DNA of 64,000 bases from an uncultured Sphaerobacteraceae bacterium (GTDB lineage: Bacteria > Chloroflexota > Chloroflexia > Thermomicrobiales > UBA6265), in the NCBI GenBank assembly GCA_964610045.1, contig CAZSUN010000005.1, positions 15,787-79,786 of the forward strand, given 5' to 3'. The position numbers and the translations under genes are program-made. The notes under the pieces were generated by a model. That model was given only the letters and a program-made list of their open reading frames with translations. It had not been told where the DNA came from and made no database searches. Below, piece by piece: positions 1-8,678 of the stretch (position 1 is its first letter; every line of letters starts with the position of its first letter).

Positions 1-68
1 CGCAGGCGTTCGAGCATGAGTTCGCGAGGGTACGGCTCTTCTTTGCCGGCGGCGTGGCGGCCCTCCAT
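1..68 (-). CDS. Partial CDS (N-terminus only, continues past window edge), hypothetical
   Basis: ATG at 68..66 with GGAG (79-82) about 10 nt upstream. It reads MEGRHAAGKEEPYPRELMLERLR... to the window edge, on the same strand and downstream of the ksgA-ispE-hypothetical operon. Confidence 0.3.
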   Translation of the reverse strand, partial: MEGRHAAGKEEPYPRELMLERL

Positions 69-125
69 GACTGCGAAGCTCCAGTTCCACTACGACCATT
101 GTGACGGGAGGGGTTCTCCTGCAGG

Positions 126-941
126 CTAAGGAATCTGCACCATTGATGTCCATGCCGGCAATCTGAGCACACCGTCCCGGAACTCCATCCGGGCCGTATC
201 TCCCGGAAAGATCCGGACCAGCGTGGTCTCCGCCGACGCTGATTCCGTCCCGAAATCGATGTCCCGGAGGTTCGACTGGTTGGTGGCGATGGCCGCCTGT
301 GGCATCCGGCTGCTGGCGACGGCCACATCCCCGGCGGGCGCGAGCGCAAGCGCCGACGATATGTCGCCGTGGTTCGCGATGACGTCCAGCGACGGTGCGA
401 TCGCAACGACCAGATCATTGACGCGCAGGTGCGCGATCCAGCCAGATCCATTCATGTCCGCCGTCGAGCCGGTGGGCGTGAACTCAATGGAGATGCTTCC
501 GAGACGAAGGTGGAGGCCATCGCCGATTGCGCGGCGCAGCCCTGATTGGGGCGTGTCGCCGGTGTTGAGTACGATCGTGAGTGACGGGGCAAGCTGGTCG
601 GAAGTTTGCTCGTCGAGTCCAGCAAGCGATTCCTGATTGCCAGCGACGATATCCACTCCGGGACGCCAGGCGCCGAGGAGTGCCGCAATGTCGGCGGGAT
701 CGGCCACCGGCGTGTTGCCAGCCAGGATCAGGGCGCGGCGAGAGCGGTGCTCAACCAGCACGACCTGCCAGTCGTCATCACCGATTGCCAGAATCTGGGG
801 ATGACGCCCTCGGGCCAGGACCGACAATCCGGTGAACCAGGCACCGCCGAAGAGACCTGCGGCAAGACCGGTGACAACCACCGAGCGACGGCTGCTCCGT
901 TCGCCGGCGGGTTGGTGGCCGGACGGTGGCGCAACCATCAC
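126..941 (-). CDS. Hypothetical membrane-anchored protein
   Basis: 271-aa ORF with an N-terminal hydrophobic segment (VVVTGLAAGLFGGAWFTGLSVLA). Its start overlaps the ispE stop (ATGA-type overlap at 938-941). No family recognised. Confidence 0.55.
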   Translation of the reverse strand: MMVAPPSGHQPAGERSSRRSVVVTGLAAGLFGGAWFTGLSVLARGRHPQILAIGDDDWQVVLVEHRSRRALILAGNTPVADPADIAALLGAWRPGVDIVAGNQESLAGLDEQTSDQLAPSLTIVLNTGDTPQSGLRRAIGDGLHLRLGSISIEFTPTGSTADMNGSGWIAHLRVNDLVVAIAPSLDVIANHGDISSALALAPAGDVAVASSRMPQAAIATNQSNLRDIDFGTESASAETTLVRIFPGDTARMEFRDGVLRLPAWTSMVQIP

Positions 942-1810
942 CCAGGCTCCGGCGATGCGGCCGTTTGGACCGAGTGGAAGTTCAACCAGTGCCCGAAGGA
1001 TGCCTGGAGTTCGCCAATCAGGGCCTCGTGTTGCGGTTGCTCAATGATGACGTAGTGACACGGGCCAGCCCCGCTCAACGCCCACGTCACCCCGAGACCG
1101 TCGAGCCGGGCCTGAAGCTCGCCCATCCGTGTATCGATGGTACCAAGCGCCCGGCTGAAGGCATTGCGGAGGTGGGACCGGTCGAGTGCTGCGGTGGAGG
1201 CAAGGAGCCGGACTGTGTCATCAACAGCCGTGCCATCGCTGAAATCAGAAGGCGCCAGGAGGGAATACAGTGTGGCCGTCTTGGCCGGAATTCGCAGCGC
1301 GGGCACGACCAGCAACAGGTCGAGCGAGCTGGCGACAACTGGTTCCAGTTCCACGCCGCGTCCAGACGCGAGCGCAACCGGTGCGCCCAGGAAGAAGGGC
1401 ACATCGCTGCCGATCGTGGCCGCGATCCGGGTCAGGGCGGGGGAGTCCAGCTGACCGCCAGCAATCCTGTTGGCGGCTATGAGCGCGGCTGCGGCGTTGC
1501 TGCTGGCACCGCCGAGTCCGGCGGCGACCGGGATGTGTTTCTCCAGCGACCAGGTGACGGAAGGAAATCCGGGCAATCGCACTCGGAATGCCGTCAGTGC
1601 GGTGTCGACGAGGTTTGACTCGACGCCGTCCACGGGAGGGGAAGGCGGCAGCCGTGTTGGATCGAGCCCAACGTGCAACGTATCGTGGAGTGTCACCCGC
1701 GCCATCACGGTGCGGATCTCATGGTACCCATCAGGGCGTTTGCCGAGGATCTCCAGCCCGAGATTGACCTTGGCGGGAGATACCAGCGTCACCGCACCCT
1801 CTCCGTTCAC
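938..1810 (-). CDS. ispE: 4-diphosphocytidyl-2-C-methyl-D-erythritol kinase
   Basis: N-terminus SPAKVNLGLEILGKRPDGYHEIRTVM plus GHMP-kinase glycine-rich motif PVAAGLGGASSNAAA. 4-nt overlap with the upstream ksgA. Confidence 0.9.
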   Translation of the reverse strand: MNGEGAVTLVSPAKVNLGLEILGKRPDGYHEIRTVMARVTLHDTLHVGLDPTRLPPSPPVDGVESNLVDTALTAFRVRLPGFPSVTWSLEKHIPVAAGLGGASSNAAAALIAANRIAGGQLDSPALTRIAATIGSDVPFFLGAPVALASGRGVELEPVVASSLDLLLVVPALRIPAKTATLYSLLAPSDFSDGTAVDDTVRLLASTAALDRSHLRNAFSRALGTIDTRMGELQARLDGLGVTWALSGAGPCHYVIIEQPQHEALIGELQASFGHWLNFHSVQTAASPEPG

Positions 1811-2685
1811 TGATCCAGCCGTTCCGTGATGGCGATCCAGTCCTGGAGACTCAGGTTTTGTGGCCGGAGTGTCGGATCGAGCCCGGCACTGGCCAGGATC
1901 CGGTCAACGTCCTGTTTGGGGTGTCCCAACCCCTGCGACAGGCCATTGCTGATGGTTTTGCGCTTACGCTGGAAGGCCATGGTGGCAAGCCGGAACACGG
2001 CGGCAGCCTGGTCGTGATCGAGCAGCGGCTGGTCACGGACCTGCAGGCGGACGACGGACGACTCGACGTTCGGTTCCGGCCAGAAGGCCTCCGGTGGTAC
2101 ATGGAAGGCGAGATTAGCCTCGGCATGAATGACCCGCGCCAGGGTCAGGAGCGACATGTCCGGCGGCTCGGCGACGAGGCGCTCCGCCACTTCCCGCTGC
2201 AACATCACGGTCATCTCCCGTGGCGCGTGATCCGCCTCGAGGAAACGTCGGACGATATGCGTCCCGGTACTGTACGGGAGATTCGCAACCAGGACATAGT
2301 CGTCCGGCAGGAGGGAGGAGATATCGATCTGCAAGGCATTGCCTTCGACGACCGTGACGTTTGACAGGCCGGCAAGGTCCTGATCGAGGAATGCCTTCAG
2401 GTCGCGATCGAGCTCGACGGCAACGACCTGCGCCGCGGTTGCCGCCAGGGCTCGGGTCAACATGCCCATGCCAGGCCCAATCTCGAGCACCGTCTGGCCG
2501 AGGGCGATTCCGGCTGACTCCGCGATGGCGTCAGCGACATCGGGCTCAACGAGGAAATTCTGGCCCATCGCCCGTGAAGGCCGTATGCCATTGGCGCGCA
2601 GGATCGAAATCCAGTCCTCGCGGCGACGCTCCGAATGGCCGGAATCGTTGTTGGTCATTGGTTGTTGGTACCTGCCGGCTGTCAC
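1807..2685 (-). CDS. rsmA: 16S rRNA (adenine1518/1519-N6)-dimethyltransferase
   Basis: GQNFLVEPDVADAI and SAM motif VLEIGPGMGMLT, ANLPY motif. The start may be the internal MTNNDS. Confidence 0.9.
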   Translation of the reverse strand: MTAGRYQQPMTNNDSGHSERRREDWISILRANGIRPSRAMGQNFLVEPDVADAIAESAGIALGQTVLEIGPGMGMLTRALAATAAQVVAVELDRDLKAFLDQDLAGLSNVTVVEGNALQIDISSLLPDDYVLVANLPYSTGTHIVRRFLEADHAPREMTVMLQREVAERLVAEPPDMSLLTLARVIHAEANLAFHVPPEAFWPEPNVESSVVRLQVRDQPLLDHDQAAAVFRLATMAFQRKRKTISNGLSQGLGHPKQDVDRILASAGLDPTLRPQNLSLQDWIAITERLDQ

Positions 2686-2765
2686 CCGCCAGGCAAACGG
2701 ACGGGGAACTACAATCTGGTCGTGGCGCCGAGCGCCGTCGTTCTCGCGATTGAATCATACGGGGG

Positions 2766-3149
2766 TTGAGCTTGACACACTACCGGAGCGCGGCGGAGTC
2801 CCGCGAAGCAGGCATCACCTACCATCTGGTGCCAGTGCCGGTCTGGGAGGCCAACGAGGGCGAAGCGACCTACGTGCCGGAGGCGTACGACGCCGATGGC
2901 TTTATCCACTGCACGAACGGCATCGACGAGATCGTGGTGGTCGGCAATCTTTTTTACCAGGGCGATCCGAGACCGTTCCAGGTACTCGCGCTCGACATGA
3001 ACCAGATCGCACCAGAGGCTCGCTACGACGCACCCGGAGAGGTCTACCCGCACATCTACGGTCCGCTCAACACCGACTCTGTGGTCGCGATCTTCCCGGT
3101 CATGCGGGACGCAGACGGCGTATTCGTGGATGTCGGCACGAGCCAGTGA
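2766..3149 (+). CDS. DUF952 family protein
   Basis: 127 aa with GFIHCT... and YPHIYGPLN motifs typical of DUF952. Confidence 0.8.
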   Translation: MSLTHYRSAAESREAGITYHLVPVPVWEANEGEATYVPEAYDADGFIHCTNGIDEIVVVGNLFYQGDPRPFQVLALDMNQIAPEARYDAPGEVYPHIYGPLNTDSVVAIFPVMRDADGVFVDVGTSQ

Positions 3150-3411
3150 GCGGCAGCGCACCGGACAGTGCGGTACACTGCCCCGACGACGACTCCGAAC
3201 GTTGGCTGGACGCTCGAAGCCATGGCGCACTCCGGATTTCCAATTCAGGCCTTCACCTTGCCGGAATGTCGCCTGTACCTCACCTTGATCGAGCCAGCGG
3301 GAACTGTCGACACCTTCACATCGGTATGTCAACAAGCCTGGTTGTGGCATGGCTGCGGAATGAACCATCGAACACGGCCGGATTGCAGGAGTCTCCTGGC
3401 GAGTTCCTCGT

Positions 3412-3846
3412 TTGGTTGCGGGGGCGATGGCGCATTTCGGCCACAGCGCGGGCGCGGGGGATGGCGCATTGGCGATCGACCAGGTACTCGTGGGCGCATG
3501 GAGGAACACGTCTTCCTCCTGGTGGCGGTGGTTGAGCATGGTCATGCAGACCGGAGACGGGTTCGAGCAACCTGAATCATTTACCTGGCGTCAGGGGAAG
3601 GACCAAATCAGGCTGACGCGGGCGGGGGATTCCTGGCAGGTCTCGTTCCTGACCCAGGGCCGCCTGATGGGACCTCGTCAGACGGTCTACGAGGCCATCC
3701 ATCGTCAGGCGAAGTTCGCCGCGTGGGATGTTATGGCCAAGGTGATCTCGGTTTCCCACGACGAGGAAATCGGCGTCGAAGTGGCGGTCCAGGCCGCCCA
3801 ATGGATGCGCCGCGAAGAGTCGGCGTCTCCGCATTCGCGTGCCTGA
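3412..3846 (+). CDS. Hypothetical small protein (start uncertain: TTG 3412 or ATG 3538)
   Basis: ORF with high third-position G/C by hand count. The 3' end overlaps the fpg GTG start by 8 nt. No family recognised. The N-terminal 42 aa (Trp/Ser rich) look unprotein-like. Confidence 0.4.
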   Translation: MVAGAMAHFGHSAGAGDGALAIDQVLVGAWRNTSSSWWRWLSMVMQTGDGFEQPESFTWRQGKDQIRLTRAGDSWQVSFLTQGRLMGPRQTVYEAIHRQAKFAAWDVMAKVISVSHDEEIGVEVAVQAAQWMRREESASPHSRA

Positions 3847-4702
3847 ACTTCCCGAGGTTGAAACCGCACGCCGGTACCTCGAGCGTGGTCTCAGCGGGAA
3901 GCGAATCACCGCCATTGATGTCGGTCTTGACAAGCTCCTCCGCGACTCACCGCTACCGGATCTTCAGGTGCTGGTGGGGAGAATGTTGCGGGCGGCGGAT
4001 CGCCGGGCCAAGGTCCTGATTCTGCATTTCGATGACAACCTGAGCCTGCTGGTACACCTCAAGCTTGCCGGGCAGGTGGCCGTGATGCTGCCGGACGGTT
4101 CGCGCCTGGTGGCCGGGCATCCAGTCCCGGATCCGGCGGGTCCATATCCTCACAAAACCACCCACATCACGTTCCGGCTCGAAGACGGCACCATCGCCTG
4201 GTTCAGCGATGTTCGCCAGTTCGGCTGGTTCCGGCTGATGCCGAGCAATGATGTGGAAGCCGCCATCGCCGCATTCGGGTTCGGACCCGAAGGGACGGAG
4301 GTCCTTGACACTGCGGTGCTCGGCGCGGTGTTCGCACGGCGCGGCATTCCCGTGAAAACGCTGTTGCTCGACCAGTCATTCATCGCCGGACTCGGCAACA
4401 TCTACGTCGACGAAGTCCTGTTCAGGGCCAGGGTTCACCCCGCGACGGCGGCGAATGCGGTATCGGCAATCAAGCGCCGGCGCATCCTGGAGGCGGTGCC
4501 AAAGGTCCTGGCTGCCGGGATCGCCCAGGGCGGTGCGAAGATCATCCACAATCGTGCATTCCCGGTTGACGGATTTCCGGCGGTGCATGGCAGATCGGGT
4601 GTACCGTGTTTCGTTTGCGGAACCACGATCGAGAAGATTCGCGTCGGCGGTCGTGGCACGTATTTCTGCCCGAAATGCCAGAAAGCGCCGGTCGACCGAT
4701 AG
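3839..4702 (+). CDS. mutM: Formamidopyrimidine-DNA glycosylase / Nei-family DNA glycosylase
   Basis: (M)PELPEVE N-terminus with catalytic Pro2. C-terminal zinc finger CFVCGTTIEKIRVGGRGTYFCPKCQ. Confidence 0.9.
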   Translation: MPELPEVETARRYLERGLSGKRITAIDVGLDKLLRDSPLPDLQVLVGRMLRAADRRAKVLILHFDDNLSLLVHLKLAGQVAVMLPDGSRLVAGHPVPDPAGPYPHKTTHITFRLEDGTIAWFSDVRQFGWFRLMPSNDVEAAIAAFGFGPEGTEVLDTAVLGAVFARRGIPVKTLLLDQSFIAGLGNIYVDEVLFRARVHPATAANAVSAIKRRRILEAVPKVLAAGIAQGGAKIIHNRAFPVDGFPAVHGRSGVPCFVCGTTIEKIRVGGRGTYFCPKCQKAPVDR

Positions 4703-4826
4703 GGTCTTTGCCTAGCAGTCCGTTCAACTGCCACAAGCGACGCTCTTTGTGTCACTTCGACGACGACGGAGGAGAAATCCCCCGGCCAAGCCGGTACCAA
4801 GAACTCCTTTTACCGCCTGCGGCGGG

Positions 4827-4850
4827 GATTCCTCGCAAGCTCGGAATGAC
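4827..4850 (-). repeat. Copy of dispersed GTCATTCCGAG..GAGGAATC repeat (reverse orientation)
   Basis: GATTCCTCGCAAGCTCGGAATGAC in the fpg / M42-peptidase convergent spacer. Confidence 0.7.
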
Positions 4851-5161
4851 AGGAGTGGTTGGCGGTGCCATTGGGCGATTTGTTGGGGCACATGGCCCAC
4901 GGTCCGTCGTCACCCAATGGTAGGGAAGACCTTCCGCGCTGCGTCACGGACCCGCGTGGCATCTAGTCACGAGGCGGCGCGGTAGTGGTCTTCCTCGTCG
5001 CGCGACAAACATGACACCTCGACGACAGAAGGCCGCTATCCGGCGCGGGTACGATTCGGGCGGGGGTGGTCGATTGTGCGCCCACCCCAACCCCTGACCC
5101 CTTCCCATCCTGGAAGTGGAACCGTAGGCCTACCCTACCGGTGGTGGCCGTGATTGCGCGC

Positions 5162-6220
5162 CTACGGCCGGAAGTCGGACTCCGGGGTGATCGTCTGCAC
5201 GAAGGCGGCAATGAGACGGGCCGCTGCTGTTAAGTCATCGAGGCTGACGACTTCGTTCGGGCTGTGCATGTAGCGGTTCGGAATCGACACCAGTCCGGGC
5301 GCAACCCCGGCGCCCGAGCGGATCATGGCGTCGGCGTCGGTGCCACTGGCCCGGCCAGCCGCCTGGATCGGGGTGGTGATGCCGAGTTGACGGCCAGCCT
5401 CGAACAGCCCGGCGAACACGCGCGGATTGATGGACGAGCCACGGGTCAGGACCGGACCGCCACCCAACTTCACATCGTTGTCCGACTTCTTGCCGGCGTC
5501 CGGGTAGTCGGTGGCGTGGGTGACATCGATGGCGATGCCGATCATCGGCTTGACTCGGAACGACATGTGCAGCGCGCCAGACATGTTGATTTCTTCCTGC
5601 GTCGCGGCAACCGCGACGACCGGAACCGCCGGCCGCGAATCGGCCAGCAACCGCAATGCTTCCAGCGCGACGAAGGCGCCGACGCGATTGTCGATGCTGC
5701 GGGAAACCCAGAGTGTGTCGGTCAATTCGAGGGTTTCGACATCGAGCACGACAGGATCGCCGATCTGCACCCGGGAGAGCGCTTCTTCCCGGGTGCCGGC
5801 GCCGATATCGATCCAGAGATCCGCGATTTCGGTTACCTTCGAGCGGTCGGACGGCTTCAGGAGATGGGCCGCCTTCTTGCCGATGACTCCGCGCACCGTA
5901 CCGTCAGCCGTCTCGATCCGCACCCGCTGGCCGACGACAACCTGATCGTCCCAGCCCCCTACCTTATCGAACCAGATGAATCCCTTCTCGTCGACATAGG
6001 TGATGAGGAACCCGATTTCGTCGATGTGTCCCTCGATCACGATCGTATTCGGTCCGGGTTCGCCAAGCCAGGCGTAGGAGTTTCCGAGGACATCGTGCTC
6101 CACCAGGTCGGCGAAGGATTCAGCTTCGGTGCGCCAGACACGGGCTGGCGCCCATTCAAACCCGGACGGACCTGGGGTAGAAAGCAGGTGTTTCAGGAAG
6201 GCGCGTCGTGACTGATCCAT
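5162..6220 (-). CDS. M42 family metallopeptidase (FrvX/glutamyl aminopeptidase-like)
   Basis: LLSTPGPSGFE, EGHIDEIGF and ATQEE motifs. Start set at the internal MDQSRRAFLK rather than the track start 6313. Confidence 0.85.
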   Translation of the reverse strand: MDQSRRAFLKHLLSTPGPSGFEWAPARVWRTEAESFADLVEHDVLGNSYAWLGEPGPNTIVIEGHIDEIGFLITYVDEKGFIWFDKVGGWDDQVVVGQRVRIETADGTVRGVIGKKAAHLLKPSDRSKVTEIADLWIDIGAGTREEALSRVQIGDPVVLDVETLELTDTLWVSRSIDNRVGAFVALEALRLLADSRPAVPVVAVAATQEEINMSGALHMSFRVKPMIGIAIDVTHATDYPDAGKKSDNDVKLGGGPVLTRGSSINPRVFAGLFEAGRQLGITTPIQAAGRASGTDADAMIRSGAGVAPGLVSIPNRYMHSPNEVVSLDDLTAAARLIAAFVQTITPESDFRP

Positions 6221-6360
6221 CGTGAATCCAGACTCCGTTGTGCATGGCTGAACCGTCAACACTCGGCGGCAAGGGTACCACTCGACGATTGGCCACGATG
6301 CGTGCGTCGTCATAAGATACGGTCACGACGAATCCGGCAGGGCCGGATCGCGAGGGAACC

Positions 6361-8523
6361 GTGATCGCGCGCAACCTTATGGGGCGACTCAACGCCCGTA
6401 CGCCAGACGATCTCCAGCGCATCGCCATCTACTGGCGCGTCCCGATTCCGGAAGGTGACCGAGGGCGTCAAATCGGTGCGCTGTACCGCGCCATGACCGA
6501 CCCTCGTTATGCGCGCGAGTTCTGGGCCAACCTTCCCGATCCAGAGCGGGAGATCGTACGGGAACTTGCCGTTCGCGACCTGACCGGGGCGACCATCGAC
6601 GAGATTGCCGACATGACGGGGCTGCGGCCCGCCGCAGCCCGCGAGGCCGCGATCCGGCTGTTTCACGGAGGCGTCCTCGCCCGCGAAGGCGACACCCAGG
6701 AACTCCCGATCGGCATCCTGCCGCGGCTGTTCCTGCCACGGGAAGTCGCGGGAATCATGCGACGGGTCCAGGACGAACTGGATGCCGGTGACCTGTCGGG
6801 AAATTCCCTGCGTGTCATCCTCGAAACCCTGGACGATGCGGAACTCGAGGACGCCGCCATGAGGTGGGGGCTGCGGGTGATTCCGGGCCAGCGCAGGCGG
6901 TCCGACCTCGTTCAGCAAATCCTGCGGCAGGTTGACCAGCCGGACCGTGTCGAGACGATCGCTGCCTCACAGGGACGACTGGCGGCGGCGATCTGGACGA
7001 TCGTTCGCGATGCCGCACCCGAACCGAGCGCCTATGCGGAGACCATCGAGCGGGCTGCGGAACATACGAACATCGCCCTGCCACGGGATCCTGCGAGGTC
7101 AGTCGCCATGGTCCTCGCGGCGCTGGGTGAACTCGAATCCTCGCTGCTCGTCGTGCACACCTACCGGCGTGACGGCTCACGATGGCTGTTTGTCCCACAG
7201 GAACTGGCGCATCAGGGCGAGAAGGCACGTGGGTTACCGCTGCGCCCCGCGCAGCCGGTATCGCCCGACCGGATCACGCCAGACCAGGATGTCCCATCGT
7301 ATGCGATTGCCTGGGATCTGTTGACGCTGCTGCGTGATGTTTCCACCCACGGCGCGCCGACCTGGGTCCCCGGCGAGCTGGTTTCCCGGACCTGGCAACG
7401 ACGGCTCAATCGGCGGCTCTGGTTCGCGGGGGAGGATGTCCCGCCAACCGGATACGTCGGGTTCCTGTTGTACCTGGGGCTGGCGGTTGACGTGCTGGTA
7501 GCCTCCGACCAGCCATTGCCACCGGGGAGCGACCGCAAGGCGATCCGGCCGATCGTGACCCGCGAGGTTCGCGCCTGGACCCGGCTCGGTTTCGACGCTC
7601 AGATGGCGCGCCTGTCTGGAGCGTGGATCGAAAGCGACCTCTGGCTTGAGGGACGCGAGCGCGGCGAGATCGACATCTGGGGCGCAGACTGGCCGGGCCT
7701 GCGGCGACGTTTGGTCGAGGCCGTGGATGGCCTGGATAGCGGAAACTGGTACGACGTTGCGTCACTTGCGACCCGGTTCGCCGAACAGCAGCCGGAAATC
7801 CTGGGTGGGACGTTCACCGCAGCTTCGGCGAGGGCACTGCCTCCCGGAACCGACGAGCGTACGGCGCACATCGCGCAGGCCATCGCGATCGAGTTCCAGA
7901 CGGCGCTCACCTGGTTTGGCAGGGTGCGACCGGGGCGACTCAAGGTAGGTGGCCTGGCAGTCCGGCCAACGAGCCCCGCACCCACCCGGTCTCGCCTGGC
8001 ATCGAACGGTCCCGTGATCGTTCTTGATGAGGAGGGTGAGATTACCCTGAACGCTCCGGCGCCGATCCACATCTGGTCGTTGACGGCATTCGGTGATGCG
8101 GAGGATCTGCGACCGGTGGCGACCTACCGTTTGCGGCAGGCATCGGTTGCACGTGCACTTGGCCACGGTTTCGACCTCGGGCAAATCGTGGCATATCTGG
8201 AGCAACAGTCCGGCGAGCCGCTTCCAGGCGCGATCGAAGCGCGCTTGCGGGCATGGACGGTGGGTTACCGCCGCGTGCGCCTCCAGCGGACGGTGGTCGT
8301 GACGCCCGATGTGCCGGACCAGGGGAGCGACCTGCGAGACGCCCTGACCGCAGCCGGGTTGGAGATCGCGGCCGAACTCCCCTCCGGTGGCTTCGTGGTC
8401 GTGGTTCCCGAAGGCCCGGACGGCACTCCGCAAGAAGAAGCGCTGCTATCAGCGCTCCGTGCGACAGGCTTCGCTGGGCAGTGGTCGCAACGTCCATCCG
8501 AGAGTGGCCGCAGCGCACGTTGA
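6361..8523 (+). CDS. Large hypothetical protein with C-terminal XPB-N-terminal-like (Helicase_C_3-type) module, no helicase core
   Basis: 720-aa ORF. The segment ATYRLRQASVARALGHGFDLGQIVAYLEQQSGEPLPGAIEARLRAWTVGYRRVRL matches the remembered pattern of the XPB damage-recognition / PF13625 domain. No Walker A/B motifs seen. Confidence 0.7.
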   Translation: MIARNLMGRLNARTPDDLQRIAIYWRVPIPEGDRGRQIGALYRAMTDPRYAREFWANLPDPEREIVRELAVRDLTGATIDEIADMTGLRPAAAREAAIRLFHGGVLAREGDTQELPIGILPRLFLPREVAGIMRRVQDELDAGDLSGNSLRVILETLDDAELEDAAMRWGLRVIPGQRRRSDLVQQILRQVDQPDRVETIAASQGRLAAAIWTIVRDAAPEPSAYAETIERAAEHTNIALPRDPARSVAMVLAALGELESSLLVVHTYRRDGSRWLFVPQELAHQGEKARGLPLRPAQPVSPDRITPDQDVPSYAIAWDLLTLLRDVSTHGAPTWVPGELVSRTWQRRLNRRLWFAGEDVPPTGYVGFLLYLGLAVDVLVASDQPLPPGSDRKAIRPIVTREVRAWTRLGFDAQMARLSGAWIESDLWLEGRERGEIDIWGADWPGLRRRLVEAVDGLDSGNWYDVASLATRFAEQQPEILGGTFTAASARALPPGTDERTAHIAQAIAIEFQTALTWFGRVRPGRLKVGGLAVRPTSPAPTRSRLASNGPVIVLDEEGEITLNAPAPIHIWSLTAFGDAEDLRPVATYRLRQASVARALGHGFDLGQIVAYLEQQSGEPLPGAIEARLRAWTVGYRRVRLQRTVVVTPDVPDQGSDLRDALTAAGLEIAAELPSGGFVVVVPEGPDGTPQEEALLSALRATGFAGQWSQRPSESGRSAR

Positions 8524-8678
8524 CATTCTGCCAAAGCCGACCAGAGACCGCGATTGGGCAGGATATACTACCGAGCCGGTGGCCCACACCGGAAACCCCT
8601 GGCCAACGATTGCCAACTGGACGTGCCGCAAAAGGCGACACATCACACTTTCCCTCTTCGCCAAGGATTGCGAACATC

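Noticed and set aside
8253-8678. N-terminal extensions in the ORF track: gltX from 8253, ilvN from 28142, leuD from 34431, leuB from 35261, ferredoxin to 54055, rpsT from 59933, holA to 62651, M42 peptidase to 6313
   Set aside because: The extensions overlap upstream genes or lack homology-like sequence. Internal starts with SD sequences reproduce canonical N-termini.
8524-8678. Possible T-box leader upstream of gltX
   Set aside because: The spacer is only about 155 nt. There is no AGAGA/specifier architecture and no GGGTGGTACCGCG-like T-box sequence, only a 5-bp CCGGT/ACCGG hairpin.
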